A stretch of 63,077 bases of DNA, counting the filler, from Octopus bimaculoides (lineage: Eukaryota): NCBI RefSeq assembly GCF_001194135.2. It is 7 parts of 6 records of this genome, joined end to end, with 100 filler letters (N's around TTAATTAATTAA, not from the genome) between each part and the next. Parts side by side here need not be neighbours in the genome. Positions count along the whole stretch, not along the records: positions 1 to 14,988 come from NC_068988.1; positions 15,089 to 29,531 come from NC_068981.1; 5 more parts are not named here. One strand, given 5' to 3'. The translations under genes and the position numbers were made by a program. Numbering within the stretch: position 1 is the stretch's first letter; every line of letters starts with the position of its first letter. The notes beneath the pieces are model-generated. The model was not told the origin of the DNA, searched no databases, and saw only the letters and a program-made list of their open reading frames with translations. Below, in pieces: positions 12,835 through 25,968 of the stretch.

Positions 12835-13030
12835 ACATTGGTTCCAAGTTTTGGCACAAGGTCAGCAGGTTTGCAGGGGTTAAGTCGATTAACCGATACG
12901 AGTGTTAATTTGGTACTTATTTAATCAACCCCAAACGGATGAAAGGCAAGGTATATCTCGTTGAAATTTGAATTAAGAAGGTAAAGAAGGACGAAATGTC
13001 GCTAAGCTTTTCATCCCGCCGGCTAACTAC
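12835..13030 (-). mobile_element. SINE family A, diverged
   Basis: Similarity to the family A body and head. Confidence 0.75.
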
Positions 13031-13336
13031 TCTGCAAGCTTGCCACCTTATTCCCAATCGAGATATCAACAGCAGGTTCTACGCAGGTCACACGATTTGC
13101 TGAAACAGCAGCCAAATAATAAGCATAAACGTATAAAATACAAAGAGATGATTTAAGGGAAATGTGTGTTTATTATTATTTTTTTCTAAAGTTCACATTA
13201 AGCTAATAAGCAATACATTTTTTAATAAAAGTTTTTCAGGTATATACTTATTGGCAGAAAATTATGCTATATTTCATAGAGTAAAATGACCAACCAAATC
13301 ATGTTGATATAAAGTACATGTCCACATAGTTTGAAT

Positions 13337-13722
13337 TTTATGCGATTGATTTAAACGTGGGACTCCGTCGGTTACGACAACGAGAGTTCCAGTTGATCCG
13401 ATCAACGGAACAGGCTGCGCGTGAAATTAACGTGCAAGTGGCTGAGCACTCCGCATACACGTGTATCCTCAATGTAGTTCTCGGGGAGATTCAGCGTGAC
13501 ACAGAGTGTGACAAGGTTGTCCCTTTGAAATACAGATACAACAGGAACATGAAGAAAGAGTGAGAGAAAGTTGTGATGAAAGAATGCAGCAGGGTTCGCC
13601 ATCACCCTCTGCCGGAGCCTCGTGTCTTCTCTCAATAAACACTCATAACGCCCAGTCTGAGAATTGAAACCGCGATTCTACGACCACGAGTCCGCTGCTC
13701 TAACCAGTAGGCCACCTCCACG
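13337..13722 (-). mobile_element. tRNA-derived SINE (family C), near full length
   Basis: Minus-strand head GTGGCCTACTGGTTAGAGCAGCGGACTCG...GGTTTCAATTCT; adjacent to (CA)n. Confidence 0.75.
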
Positions 13723-13725
13723 ATA

Positions 13726-13783
<58 letters not shown>

Positions 13784-14008
13784 NNNNNNNNNNNNNNNNN
13801 NNNNNNNNNNNNNNNNNNNNNNNNNNNNNNNNNNNNNNNNNNNNNNNNNNNNNNNNNNNNNNNNNNNNNNNNNNNNNNNNNNNNNNNNNNNNNNNNNNNN
13901 NNNNNNNNNNNNNNNNNNNNNNNNNNNNNNNNNNNNNNNNNNNNNNNNNNNNNNNNNNNNNNNNNNNNNNNNNNNNNNNNNNNNNNNNNNNNNNNNNNNN
14001 NNNNNNNN

Positions 14009-14054
<46 letters not shown>

Positions 14055-14461
14055 AAATAAAGGAGGCAGTCAGAATTTTGTATAATTCCTTATTAGCGCT
14101 TACGTTCGTTTATCAAATTCTTGAAGACAAAATAAAAATAAAAATAATTTTGTCTTGAATTCGATAAACGAACGAAAGTGCCAAAAAAGGATTGTCCTAA
14201 CCACTAGGCCACTGATGTCAAACATACTTTGTACATACGTATATATAGTATATATTGCATAAGGGTTTCCTCAGCATAGTAAACAAACGCTTTCGAAATA
14301 TCCATGTCAGCAGTTGTGTTTCTTAAACTTACATAAAACAATGGCATACAATATTCAATTAAGATATATTTTTCATCGTTTTACATACACAAGAAATCTG
14401 AAGTTTCAATGTGCAGGGATTTTTTTAGCTAAACATCAAAAGTGCTACTACGACCAGTTAC

Positions 14462-14699
14462 CTCTGATTCCGGATTTTACCCCGTAACCCTTCACAATGT
14501 CTGACACAAACGTCGAAACATCAGCCCAGTATATTACTGTGTTTGAAACGAAACTTTCTTTCATTGCTACTCGAATCGCAATGCGTTCGTGCAAAGCCTC
14601 TGATGTATATTCGAGTACTTCAATAATTTCGTCTTTTGTACACATGTTTTGCCAGTAATTCTCTGGTTCGTTACTTTGGCAAGGATAACGATTTGTGTT
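14462..14699 (-). CDS. Best-supported exon of the unidentified gene, 238 nt, phase 0 to 1
   Basis: tctccttacag| acceptor, G|gtaact donor, 79 open codons NTNRYPCQSNEPENYWQNMCTKDEII...VIYWADVSTFVSDIVKGYGVKSGIR. Confidence 0.7.
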
Positions 14700-14799
14700 C
14701 TGTAAGGAGATGCTGTCCTGTTAGTTTGCTCCACTGGTTCTTGAACTGTTTCTGAACATACTTAAATTCTGAGGTCATTCCGACCTTCTGCAAAAAAAA

Positions 14800-14988
14800 G
14801 CATAAGGGCAGCGAGAAGAAAGAGAAGAAAGAAGAAAAGAAGAAGAAGAAGAAAATGAAGAGAAGAAGGGGAGGAGGAGGAGGAGGAGGAGGAGGAGGAG
14901 AACAACAACAACAACAAAGATAAGTAGGAGGCGGTGCAAGATCGGGAGGAGGACAAAGATAAGCAGGAGGAGGACAAGATAATCAGGA
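14800..14988. repeat. Compound purine-rich (GAA)/(GAG)/(CAA) low-complexity tract
   Basis: Directly visible. Confidence 0.9.
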
Positions 14989-15088
14989 NNNNNNNNNNNN
15001 NNNNNNNNNNNNNNNNNNNNNNNNNNNNNNNNTTAATTAATTAANNNNNNNNNNNNNNNNNNNNNNNNNNNNNNNNNNNNNNNNNNNN
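14989..15088. other. Assembly spacer, 44 N + TTAATTAATTAA + 44 N
   Basis: The same 12-mer inside N runs recurs at 29576, 47012, 57018, 58289 and 61139. Confidence 0.95.
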
Positions 15089-16343
15089 ATATATATATAT
15101 ATATATACATACATACATACATACATACATACATACATACATACATACATACATAATCTACAAAATTTGCCAGAGAAAATGCAAGTCTTCCCTCTTAGTG
15201 AACCATATTTTTTTTTAATATTTCAGTTTAGCGAATGTCTTTTTATGGGGATGAATTATATTTTGTATGTATGGAGTTTTTGTGTATTCATAAAGGAAAT
15301 GAGTCAATCCACGAACAGTACATAATCTCATTTATTTTATACTAATTATAGACTCATATTTTTGTCAACGAATTATTAATTTTATAGCTCTCTTACATAA
15401 ATGGTGTTTTTATCGAAATCGCAGATTTTTCCCATTTGTCTTTATGAGTAATCATCATTCACCAATTCACAGTGGAAGCTTGTTAAGAGTAAATAAATTA
15501 CAAATTGCCAGCAATGGTACGTTACACTGAATCAGATGAAACACTACTAAAACGTTGTGAGTTTGCATATGCCACTTATACACTAGTATAAGATATTATT
15601 GTCACACACACAGCCTCGTTGAATACAACGTCGTAAAAATGAAATAATTTTCTATATATAGCTAAATCACATTTCAAGATTCTCAGTTCATATCACGTGT
15701 GTAGGAACTCAGCACATTTGCATTAAAAGGAAAAGCAATCCTTGCGTCCTCCAGAATCAACTTACATAAAGCAGACATGAATAAAGTCATTGAAAGCATA
15801 AACCCGCTTTATTTTAGATAGAGTACGGCATTATTGTATATTTTCTTTTTTTTTTAAGGTTTGTTGGGTTATACTCTTGAGGGAGATCTGGTTAATATTT
15901 GGCTTATGTTTAAGGGAATATGACTAATAATATAAGTAAATTTTATTCGTAACAGGAATGTATTGTAGTTTTGCATGTAAAACAGCAGAAACGTACTGGG
16001 CAATTTTACTGTTTCTATTGTGGGTCTAATCTCGGCTTCAAAGAGAGTCAGTAAAAGTTTTGAACTGAGAGATCTTCGCTGCTATAAATAAGATACTGCC
16101 GATGGTTGCGAAATTTATTATTTGTATTGAATTTGTGGATTTTAATTATATGATATTCAAGACTTGAAAAGGTGATCTAATTATTTGTTTATAAGAATGC
16201 TTAATGACTGCAATTGAAAGAAGCAAAGTTGGCATTATCCCATTGCAGACTCCTATGCTGCGTGCAGTTTTTCCAATATATGTAGTTGTCATGTTTCTGC
16301 ACCGTCCTTCAGTACATCGTAAGCTCTACACTACATTCCTAAC

Positions 16344-16368
16344 CTTGTAATTAACTCGTGGGTTTATC
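16344..16368 (-). CDS. Candidate micro-exon, 25 nt, phase 2 to 0
   Basis: tgttgtatgcag|G ATA AAC CCA CGA GTT AAT TAC AAG|gttagg; bridges exons 29874-29957 and 14462-14699 in frame. Confidence 0.35.
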
Positions 16369-17258
16369 CTGCATACAACACAATTGTTCTCGGTACAGGG
16401 ACGCTTATCAAAGGAACTTTATAGGGGCACCAGGCCTCTCTACTACTTTAATCCATAGAATAGCCTTACTTAATGTTTTTATAAAAACGTATGCTTGTTC
16501 GACGTCAGAAGTAGCATTCGACGAATATGACGCTATGGTGTTTTTTTGTTGTCATATCAAGTGTTGGCCTTATTTATCTTATTACTGGACTTTTCAGTGC
16601 AGTTCCAGGATTTACTCCTGTGCAGCGGCAGATCCCCTTAGCATCACTCTCTATGATGGTTTTATGCTTAGTCTTGGAACCTTTGTAAAGGGCATGGATA
16701 CAAACAACATACGAAGCGAACCCATACATGCACACAAACACGCACACACGAAATTTCAGGGACGGTACAACAATATCAATAACACGAATAACAACGACAG
16801 CAGCAGCGGTGGTGACAACGATGGCAATAACAACAACAACAACCATGATGGCAACACTGTGGGCACACACCCAAACACAGAGAGATACAGGAACTGTACC
16901 AAATTTTCGGGTCTTAGTAGAGCAGCAACACAATGGGCTGAGAGAATAGGGCTGAGGAGAGAGACATACGGCTGCGGAAATAGTGGCATACAAACAAGCA
17001 TACACACACACGCACACACCCATGCACACACACGCGCAAACACGGACTCACGCATTCGCACAGAATGGAGTAATTGGAGCAAGAGCACACACAGAAAGTG
17101 TCGCGGAGATTGTCAAAGATGAGTGACAAAAGATTTCTGGTCAATGGACGTGAGTCCAAATACAAAAAAATATTTAGGAACTGTAATAACCGAATGAAAA
17201 ACAAATATATAGTGCGTGTGTTTATTTGGCAAGAAGAATGCTCACCCCGAAATACAAA

Positions 17259-17335
<77 letters not shown>

Positions 17336-18507
17336 TGTGTGTGTGTCTGCGTGTGTGTTTGTGTGTGTATATACAGTAACTGAAAGGGAGAAATTTCGAT
17401 TATCCCCACGTGGTAAGTTATAATATATATAAGAAATTATATATGGGTGCACGTATGGTTGCATTTAAGAAGATTGCTTCGAAACCACATGGATCTGAGT
17501 CTATCTGCATTGCATGGGCAAATTGTCTTGCAATTTATCGGTGCCGAAATTTGTAGGACGCCCGTCATATATATATATATATATATATATACATGCATAC
17601 ATATATATATATGTGTGTCTGTGTGTGTGAGAGGGAGAGAGAGAGTGTGTGTGTGAGGTGTATGTGCGTGTGTGTGAATCTATATGCATATATATATATA
17701 TATAGATAGATTCACACACACGCACGCACACCTCGCACACTCTCACACACAAACACACACACACACACNNNNNNNNNNNNNNNNNNNNNNNNNNNNNNNN
17801 NNNNNNNNNNNNNNNNNNNNNNNNNNNNNNNNNNNNNNNNNNNNNNNNNNNNNNNNNNNNNNNNNNNNNNNNNNNNNNNNNNNNNNNNNNNNNNNNNNNN
17901 NNNNNNNNNNNNNNNNNNNNNNNNNNNNNNNNNNNNNNNNNNNNNNNNNNNNNNNNNNNNNNNNNNNNNNNNNNNNNNNNNNNNNNNNNNNNNNNNNNNN
18001 NNNNNNNNNNNNNNNNNNNNNNNNNNNNNNNNNNNNNNNNNNNNNNNNNNNNNNNNNNNNNNNNNNNNNNNNNNNNNNNNNNNNNNNNNNNNNNNNNNNN
18101 NNNNNNNNNNNNNNNNNNNNNNNNNNNNNNNNNNNNNNNNNNNNNNNNNNNNNNNNNNNNNNNNNNNNNNNNNNNNNNNNNNNNNNNNNNNNNNNNNNNN
18201 NNNNNNNNNNNNNNNNNNNNNNNNNNNNNNNNNNNNNNNNNNNNNNNNNNNNNNNNNNNNNNNNNNNNNNNNNNNNNNNNNNNNNNNNNNNNNNNNNNNN
18301 NNNNNNNNNNNNNNNNNNNNNNNNNNNNNNNNNNNNNNNNNNNNNNNNNNNNNNNNNNNNNNNNNNNNNNNNNNNNNNNNNNNNNNNNNNNNNNNNNNNN
18401 NNNNNNNNNNNNNNNNNNNNNNNNNNNNNNNNNNNNNNNNNNNNNNNNNNNNNNNNNNNNNNNNNNNNNNNNNNNNNNNNNNNNNNNNNNNNNNNNNNNN
18501 NNNNNNN

Positions 18508-18551
<44 letters not shown>

Positions 18552-19399
18552 GTATGTATGTATGTATGTATGTATGTATGTATACGCATGTGTGTATCTC
18601 TGTGATTTTCGGCAGACCTTATTAATTTCAGTATGATACTACTAATATATCAATATAATGCGCGCTCATGCATACACACACATACACACATGCACACACA
18701 CGCATACACAGAGACACACACGCGCGCACACACGCACACACACACACTAACACTCTTACATACACACACACATGCACACATAGATAAATGTACATTCATG
18801 CCTCGCACTCACACGGGAATTCACACAAAATACATTCTCTCACCTCCCTTCCCTTCCTCTCTCCCACTCTCTCCCTCTCTCTCTCTATTTTCATCTCTCT
18901 CTTTCCTTCTCTTTCTCCTTATGTTTCAATGGAGTGAGATTCGTATCTGTAGAAGTCTGGAAACAACTCTGCACTTGATGCGTTCTTTGGGGTTTTTTTT
19001 TTTTTTACATCAAGAGCGAAGCATTGTCTAACAATAACTGCAACATTTTAAGAGGACAAAACAAAGTATAAGATTTTCTCGTCTGAATGAACACTAAGTA
19101 GCGTAATTTCATGAAAGGAATGATGGATCTTCATTTGGACTAACGAAAGAACATAAAATTTATATTCATAAAGCAACAGTAACTAAGACCATCGTAAATT
19201 TAGAGTAAATATCTATGAATATAAGTATCATCATGTTTAACGAACCAAATGACATATGCCAGAACAACAATAATAAGAGGAACAGTGAGTAGTTCTTCAT
19301 GGTTGCAGACATTGGGTCATCTAACTCCGAAATAACTACGTTGAAAAATTCCTTGTGATAGAAAGGTAGAGAGTAAATTGTATTTTAGCTTTTAGCGAT

Positions 19400-19585
19400 A
19401 TATTTTCTACTATAAGCACAAGGTTTGAAATTTTGGTGGCAGGGGCTAGCTGAATACATTAACATCAGTGCTCCATTGGTATTTATATGATCGACCACGA
19501 AATGCTGAAAGGCAAAGATGAACACAGTGAGTCGCAAGAAATGCAGTTACTCATTCCGACGTGCTAGCGCATCTGCCAGCTGGTA
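19400..19585 (-). mobile_element. SINE family A, diverged
   Basis: Similarity to 19960-20175. Confidence 0.65.
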
Positions 19586-19959
19586 GTCTTAGTCTTTTGT
19601 GATATTATCAACAAAAGAGAAAAAGAAATATACGTGACAATTACTACTTTAATGCAGCATAATATATCATGAATCACTGGAAACCTCACAAGCGATATCG
19701 CGGTTCATCTACGCTAATTCATACATATTGCGTCGTTTTGTAAAGAAGCAGCGATTCTTTGAACGCATAAACAGTTTGCTATCACATCAAAAGATGAAGA
19801 GGTTAGTAAGAGACAGAACAGAAATTTAAGCAACGTCAACAGCAAGATAATTAGAAGAATTTGATGGATGAGTGTGGATAGCAATAGTTACACGATAGGG
19901 CAGAATATTAAAAATACCAATACAACACCTGGGAATTCATGGTAAATAATGGGCAGATA

Positions 19960-20175
19960 TCCTTTTCTACTCTAGGCACAAGGCCCGAAGTTTTGGGGGA
20001 GGGAGCCAGTCGATTAAATCGACTCCAGTGCACAACTGGTACTTAATTTATCGACCCCGAAAGGATGAAAGGTAAAGTCGACCTCGGCGGAATTTGAACT
20101 CAGAACGTAAAGAGAGGCGAAATGCCGCTAAGCATTTCGTCCGACGCGCTAACGTTTCTGCCAGCTCACCGCCTT
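19960..20175 (-). mobile_element. SINE family A, well-preserved monomer
   Basis: A box TGGCAGAAACGTTAG, B box GAGTTCAAATTCC, tail GCCTAGAGTAGAAAAGG. Confidence 0.9.
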
Positions 20176-21414
20176 AATGGGAAAATCTGTATAGGTATAT
20201 ATAAAAAANNNNNNNNNNNNNNNNNNNNNNNNNNNNNNNNNNNNNNNNNNNNNNNNNNNNNNNNNNNNNNNNNNNNNNNNNNNNNNNNNNNNNNNNNNNN
20301 NNNNNNNNNNNNNNNNNNNNNNNNNNNNNNNNNNNNNNNNNNNNNNNNNNNNNNNNNNNNNNNNNNNNNNNNNNNNNNNNNNNNNNNNNNNNNNNNNNNN
20401 NNNNNNNNNNNNNNNNNNNNACACACGAACATATATGCGTACAAAAAACATGTATGCAATAGGTGGCCGTAAGTATGTGTATGTATGTGTGTTTGTGTTT
20501 GTGTGTGTGTGTGTTTGTGTGTGTGGGGGCGTGTATACTGAAGACTTAGTTTTGATCTGAACGTAACCGCTTCTGACACAGAGGATCGGGAGCCCTTTTG
20601 GACATTCTATTTTCCTTGCTGGAAGGGCTCCCAACCCGTGGGCAAAGGGTTTTAAATGATGGGGTTGGTATTTTCAAAGGGCTGGCATGTGCAACTTGAT
20701 CACCTGTATCGATGAAACTCCCAACCCATGCTTTCCCCTCGCGACACTGATTCTTCAGAACTNNNNNNNNNNNNNNNNNNNNNNNNNNNNNNNNNNNNNN
20801 NNNNNNNNNNNNNNNNNNNNNNNNNNNNNNNNNNNNNNNNNNNNNNNNNNNNNNNNNNNNNNNNNNNNNNNNNNNNNNNNNNNNNNNNNNNNNNNNNNNN
20901 NNNNNNNNNNNNNNNNNNNNNNNNNNNNNNNNNNNNNNNNNNNNNNNNNNNNNNNNNNNNNNNNNNNNNNNNNNNNNNNNNNNNNNNNNNNNNNNNNNNN
21001 NNNNNNNNNNNNNNNNNNNNNNNNNNNNNNNNNNNNNNNNNNNNNNNNNNNNNNNNNNNNNNNNNNNNNNNNNNNNNNNNNNNNNNNNNNNNNNNNNNNN
21101 NNNNNNNNNNNNNNNNNNNNNNNNNNNNNNNNNNNNNNNNNNNNNNNNNNNNNNNNNNNNNNNNNNNNNNNNNNNNNNNNNNNNNNNNNNNNNNNNNNNN
21201 NNNNNNNNNNNNNNNNNNNNNNNNNNNNNNNNNNNNNNNNNNNNNNNNNNNNNNNNNNNNNNNNNNNNNNNNNNNNNNNNNNNNNNNNNNNNNNNNNNNN
21301 NNNNNNNNNNNNNNNNNNNNNNNNNNNNNNNNNNNNNNNNNNNNNNNNNNNNNNNNNNNNNNNNNNNNNNNNNNNNNNNNNNNNNNNNNNNNTTATATAT
21401 TTCATAATTTCGCA

Positions 21415-21591
21415 GGAGTGGCTGTGTGATAAGTAGCTTGCTTACCAACCGCATGGTTCCGGGTTCATTCTCACTGCGTGGCACCTTGGGCAAGTGTCTT
21501 CTACTATAGCCTCGGGCCGACTAAAGCCTTGTGAGTGGATTTGGTAGACGGAAACTGAAAGACGCTTGTCGTATATATGTGTACATACATA

Positions 21592-21624
<33 letters not shown>

Positions 21625-21845
21625 ATGTTTGTGTGTCTGTGTTTGTCCCCCCAACATCGCTTGATAACCGATGTTGGTGTGTTTGGATCCCTGTAACTTA
21701 GTGGTTTGGCAAAAGAGACCGGTAGAATAAGTACTAGGCTTACAAAGAATAAGTCCTGGGGTCGATTTGCTCGACTAAAGGCGGTGCTCCCGCATGGCCG
21801 CAATCAAAAGACTGAAACAAGTAAAAGAGTAAAAGAGTAAAGAGC
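21415..21845 (+). mobile_element. SINE family B (CORE-like) with internal microsatellite and GAGTAAAA tail repeats
   Basis: GTGGCTGTGTGATAAGTAGCTTG...GGCACCTTGGGCAAGTG (CORE-like)...GACTGAAACAAGTAAAAGAGTAAAAGAG. Confidence 0.9.
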
Positions 21846-21864
21846 ATGCGTCTTCTACTATATC

Positions 21865-22200
21865 ATGAGCCAGTTAAAGCCAAGTGAGTGAATTTGCTTG
21901 ACGGAAACTGAAAGAAACATGCTGTCTGTGGTGTATGTTGTGTATGTGTATGTGTATTAATGTATACACATGTACATATATATTTATATGTATGTACGCG
22001 TGTATGTGTGAGTGATTGTAATTGTGTCTGAAACCTACCACTTGACAACCGATGTTGAATTTTTATGTTCTCATAAGGGAAAGTGTTCGATAGAATAAAT
22101 ATATGATTAAAAAAAGTACGAGATGGATCTGTTCAATTAAAATACATAAGACGGTGCCCCAGCATGACTACAGTTTCGTGACTGAAACAAGTGAAACATA
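21865..22200 (+). mobile_element. SINE family B, decayed copy in tandem
   Basis: Partial similarity to 21415-21845. Confidence 0.7.
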
Positions 22201-22641
22201 AAACAATAAAAAAATCGATCAATTACAAAAGACCACAGAAACAAACATCGTAAAAAGACAAATGGTTCGTGCATAATGGTAAATGATTATAACAGTGAAT
22301 TTTCTGGAGACCGAAGTCGTTGGATTTTTCATATATTAGTTTGTCAATATAAAGTATCACAAATATCTGGCATTTGGTTTAAATACGCTACTAATAAATG
22401 TCAAACAATCGTGATACACAAAATATAGTTATATAAAAAAAAATGAACCCTACAGTTGTTAGAAGAGGAAAAGGCAGCGATCTGACAGAATCGTAACCGT
22501 ATAGAGGGAATACTTAGCGGCATTTCCTCATATTTTACATTACGAGTTCAAGTGCCTTAGAGATCAAAGTTGCTTTTCATCTTTTCAGAGACGATAAAAT
22601 AGTTACTAGTCAAGCACTGCATTCGATATTATCGACTAGAC

Positions 22642-22889
22642 TAGTGATTCTCAAACATTTTTACCTATGGACCCCTTTGATTCCTACTTTACTTAGGTGG
22701 ACCCTCAAAGCCTTTCAATGTTTAAAAAATCTTGTTATATTTTTATAATTGAATATAAGGATTGCATAAAAATAATTAAAATATTTTGTGTATTGTAGAA
22801 GTACAACCAATTTATTTCACATGAAGTTTTACAGCAAAAAATTATGTGGACCCGCCAAAAGTCATTTGGACCTCAAATGAGAAACATTG
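22642..22889. mobile_element. hAT-like MITE
   Basis: Imperfect TIRs TAGTGATTCTCAAAC and AATGAGAAACATTG; no clear TSD. Confidence 0.45.
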
Positions 22890-24364
22890 GAATATGCCCT
22901 CCCCTAAAATTTCACGGCATGTGCCTGTAATAGAAAGGATTATTAAAGATTGTATGTTCCAAAGAATCTCTATTAATTTCTGTTGCTGTTTGTGATCCAT
23001 ATTTAACCGACATGTTACACGGGATTGATCTTCGATATAAATTATGTGGATGCGGGTGGGGGACAAGCAGCCATATTTTGTGCATGAAGAAAGTGGAGTT
23101 GCTAAGTAATTGGAACTAATTGGAAATTCTACAGCAGACAGTTGAAAGGTTGAAAGGTGCTATTGTTATAAAGTTCGGTGTATAAAATGAAACATTGCTA
23201 CTCTGAAGAAAAGAAACACAAATAAAACACTAAAATCATGTTAGATAAACAGCAAAAATATGAGAATAAACCGAAAACAGATTTCCAGATCTAAAAAAAA
23301 TCAATTAATTACACGGAAACCAAACATTATTTATGACTGAATACAAAAAAAATGCTAGGAAGGTTATCGTAGACACATTAAATTAATGCTAAAAGATTAT
23401 TGCCTAACCACACCATAACAAATATACAAACATTACTGCAATTTCAGGCATAGGGTATTAGTCGATTACATCGACCTCGGCACTTGATTGATACTTATTT
23501 TATCAATCACAAAAGGTTCAAAGGGGAAAAATCGATCTGGAGGTAGAATTTGGATACCATTGCGAACTTAAAGAAGATTAGAAATATCTTTTTATAATCG
23601 CCAACCACACGAATAGGGTAAGATCTAACCTCACAGGTGTATCTATATTGATATTTCAATATATCTATATTGATATATTGATATTTCAACTTATCCTACA
23701 CTTATGACATTTACTAATAAAAAAAAGTTTACAAATAAAAGAAAGTCCCTTTAGGACACTACGTTGACAGACAGAAAGGATCACTATTTAGCATCTATTC
23801 AACAATAGCCTGCAATTGTATGCTGCTAATTATATCCGTTTTGAGAATTTGTGTACCGTTAAGCAGTTGAGTATTGACATTAAGATGTCTTTGTAACTTC
23901 AGGAATTCAATGTGGTAGTCCGAAGAGAACACGAGTGATCGATCGATATATATATATATATATATACAAATATATGACAGAGAGAGGGGAGGGAAAGAGA
24001 GTGAGGGAGTTTCAAGTCTAATATCAGATTTGGGATTTCAAAAAGGCGAAAATATAGAAGCTAGACACTTGTGTTTCCTATGGATACTTGATTGTAGATG
24101 AGATGACAGTGGCCTATTGAGCACGAAGAGCAATGTAAGAAAACGGTTATATCAATCCATTCTTCTTCAGCAACAGAGAGCTTGCTATACGTTTTGTTGA
24201 TCGGGAAAGAAAAGCAACAGATTACACAGGCAGTGCCATAATACAAAAAGTTGGCCAGACATCGAACAGGCAAAGTAGCAATATAAATAGAAATACTGCT
24301 ACGTGATTCAGCAGTGGTGAAAGTACATAAAACATGCTTTTCATTGGGAACCTGCACCGCAAAT

Positions 24365-25086
24365 CCAGAGTTGACATCTGCTCTTCTCTTCATTCTCTCG
24401 AATTCATTTCACCCTCTTTGGATAGACTTGTGACTAGTGACGAAAAATGAATCTTCTCTCGATATGTTAAACGTCATAAACAGTGGCTTGGTAAAAGGGG
24501 AAGACCTCAACCACAACTGAGAAGGGAACTTCATGGGAAAAAGGTTCTTCTCTCTATTTGGTGGGATTGCAAAGAAGTAATTCACTTTGAATTGTTACCA
24601 CCTAATGCAACAATCAACGCTCAAGTCTACAGTCAGCAATAAGAGCGTCTGAACCAAGCTTTGAAGAAAAAAAGACCCGCTTTAGTGAATCGAAAAGGAG
24701 TGATGTTTCATCAAGACAATGCGCGACCCCACACTGCAAAGATCACATCACAGAAGATCGAAGAAGTTGGTTGGGAAAAAATTCCTCATCCATCTTATTC
24801 TCCCGACCTTGCTCCTTCAGACTACTATTTGTTTCGTAGTTTACAGAATCATTTGGAGGACATTACTTTTGCAAGCCAGGAGGAGGTCGAAACTGACCTT
24901 TCAGAGTTCTTCGCTTTGAAACCAAATGAGTTTTACATTGATGGGATTAAAAAGCTTGTAAATAGACGGAAGGAAGTCATAGATAATCATGGAAAGTACA
25001 TTGATGATTAAATTTCAATTAAATATAACATTTAATCACTTGTTTTCTCTGTTCAAAATTCGGACAGAACTTATGGGATGACCTGA
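24365..25086 (+). mobile_element. 5'-truncated mariner (D,D34D) transposon, pseudogenised
   Basis: LVTSDEK*, HQDNARPH and YSPDLAPSD with 34-residue D-D spacing; two stops; right TIR ...CTTATGGGATGACCTGA followed by TA. Confidence 0.93.
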
Positions 25087-25149
25087 TAATACTGGTTTAA
25101 GAACAAAAAATCAAGGGTGACAGCCTAGACAATGTTAAATGATGTTTCT

Positions 25150-25335
25150 CATTTAGGCACAAGGCCAACAACCCGTGGGGGGTGGGACAAGTGGATTAAA
25201 GCGGACCAGTACATTACTGGTGCTTTATTTTACTGACCCCTTAGGAGGAAATGTAAAGCTAACCTCAGCGGAATTGAACTCAGAATATAATGAGCCATAA
25301 CTCTATGCTGCAAGCCACGGTGCCCGATGCTTAGG
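25150..25335 (-). mobile_element. SINE family A, diverged
   Basis: AGGCACAAGGCC...GAACTCAGAA similarity. Confidence 0.65.
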
Positions 25336-25968
25336 TACAAAGCTAGCAATTTAAAGGGAAGGGGAAAGTCGATTAAACTGACTCCCATTACCAGTACAAA
25401 ACAACAAACTCTGGGGAGTTCATCATTATTTTGACTGACACAAATTGTGAATCAGCATGACAGAAAAAAACACGATGAATGGAAAGAAAACCTGGAGTGT
25501 TCTATTAGTTTTAATAACGCATGGAAGAAAAATATTTATCTTCAGTTATATATCCAACGTTCATGCGCATGAGCCTTCAACATTTTAGGGCGTGGATAAA
25601 CTTCAATCTTAAGAAGATCAATCAATTCGAGAAACAACACACTTGCTTCGGGACACATAAAATATAATGAAATTGCTGTCAAAAAATATACTTTACAACG
25701 AGCCAGAGTTTATAAAAACTTGAGGCTAGACAACTGCCCAGTCTATAACATACGTGGTAGTTTACTGCTACTCCACACTGTAGTCAACAAATCGTCATTT
25801 TTAATCTCTCTACGATTTCTCTTACATTCACCAACACAACTTCCATGCAAAATAAGAATTCCAATGACGAACTGTTTATCTTTACAAGACAAGTTTTTTA
25901 CGGAATAAGGATTTAACAAGATCAACACGACTTAATTAATTTTTCTTTGAATGTTTTTTCTTAATATC

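Noticed and set aside
1255-13722. tRNA genes
   Set aside because: The A/B boxes continue into repeated SINE bodies and no complete cloverleaf is seen.
16358-17122. 254-aa plus-strand ORF
   Set aside because: No recognisable domain; the second half is microsatellite-derived.
20575-20762. Hairpin-rich segment (GGGAGCCCTT/AAGGGCTCCC) as an HDV-like ribozyme of an RTE 5' end
   Set aside because: Only a partial L3-like CCTCGC; P1.1 and the catalytic C are not identifiable and the sequence runs into a gap.
24061-24393. 110-aa minus-strand ORF as a host exon
   Set aside because: It overlaps the mariner boundary, has no convincing donor, and does not fit the phase chain.
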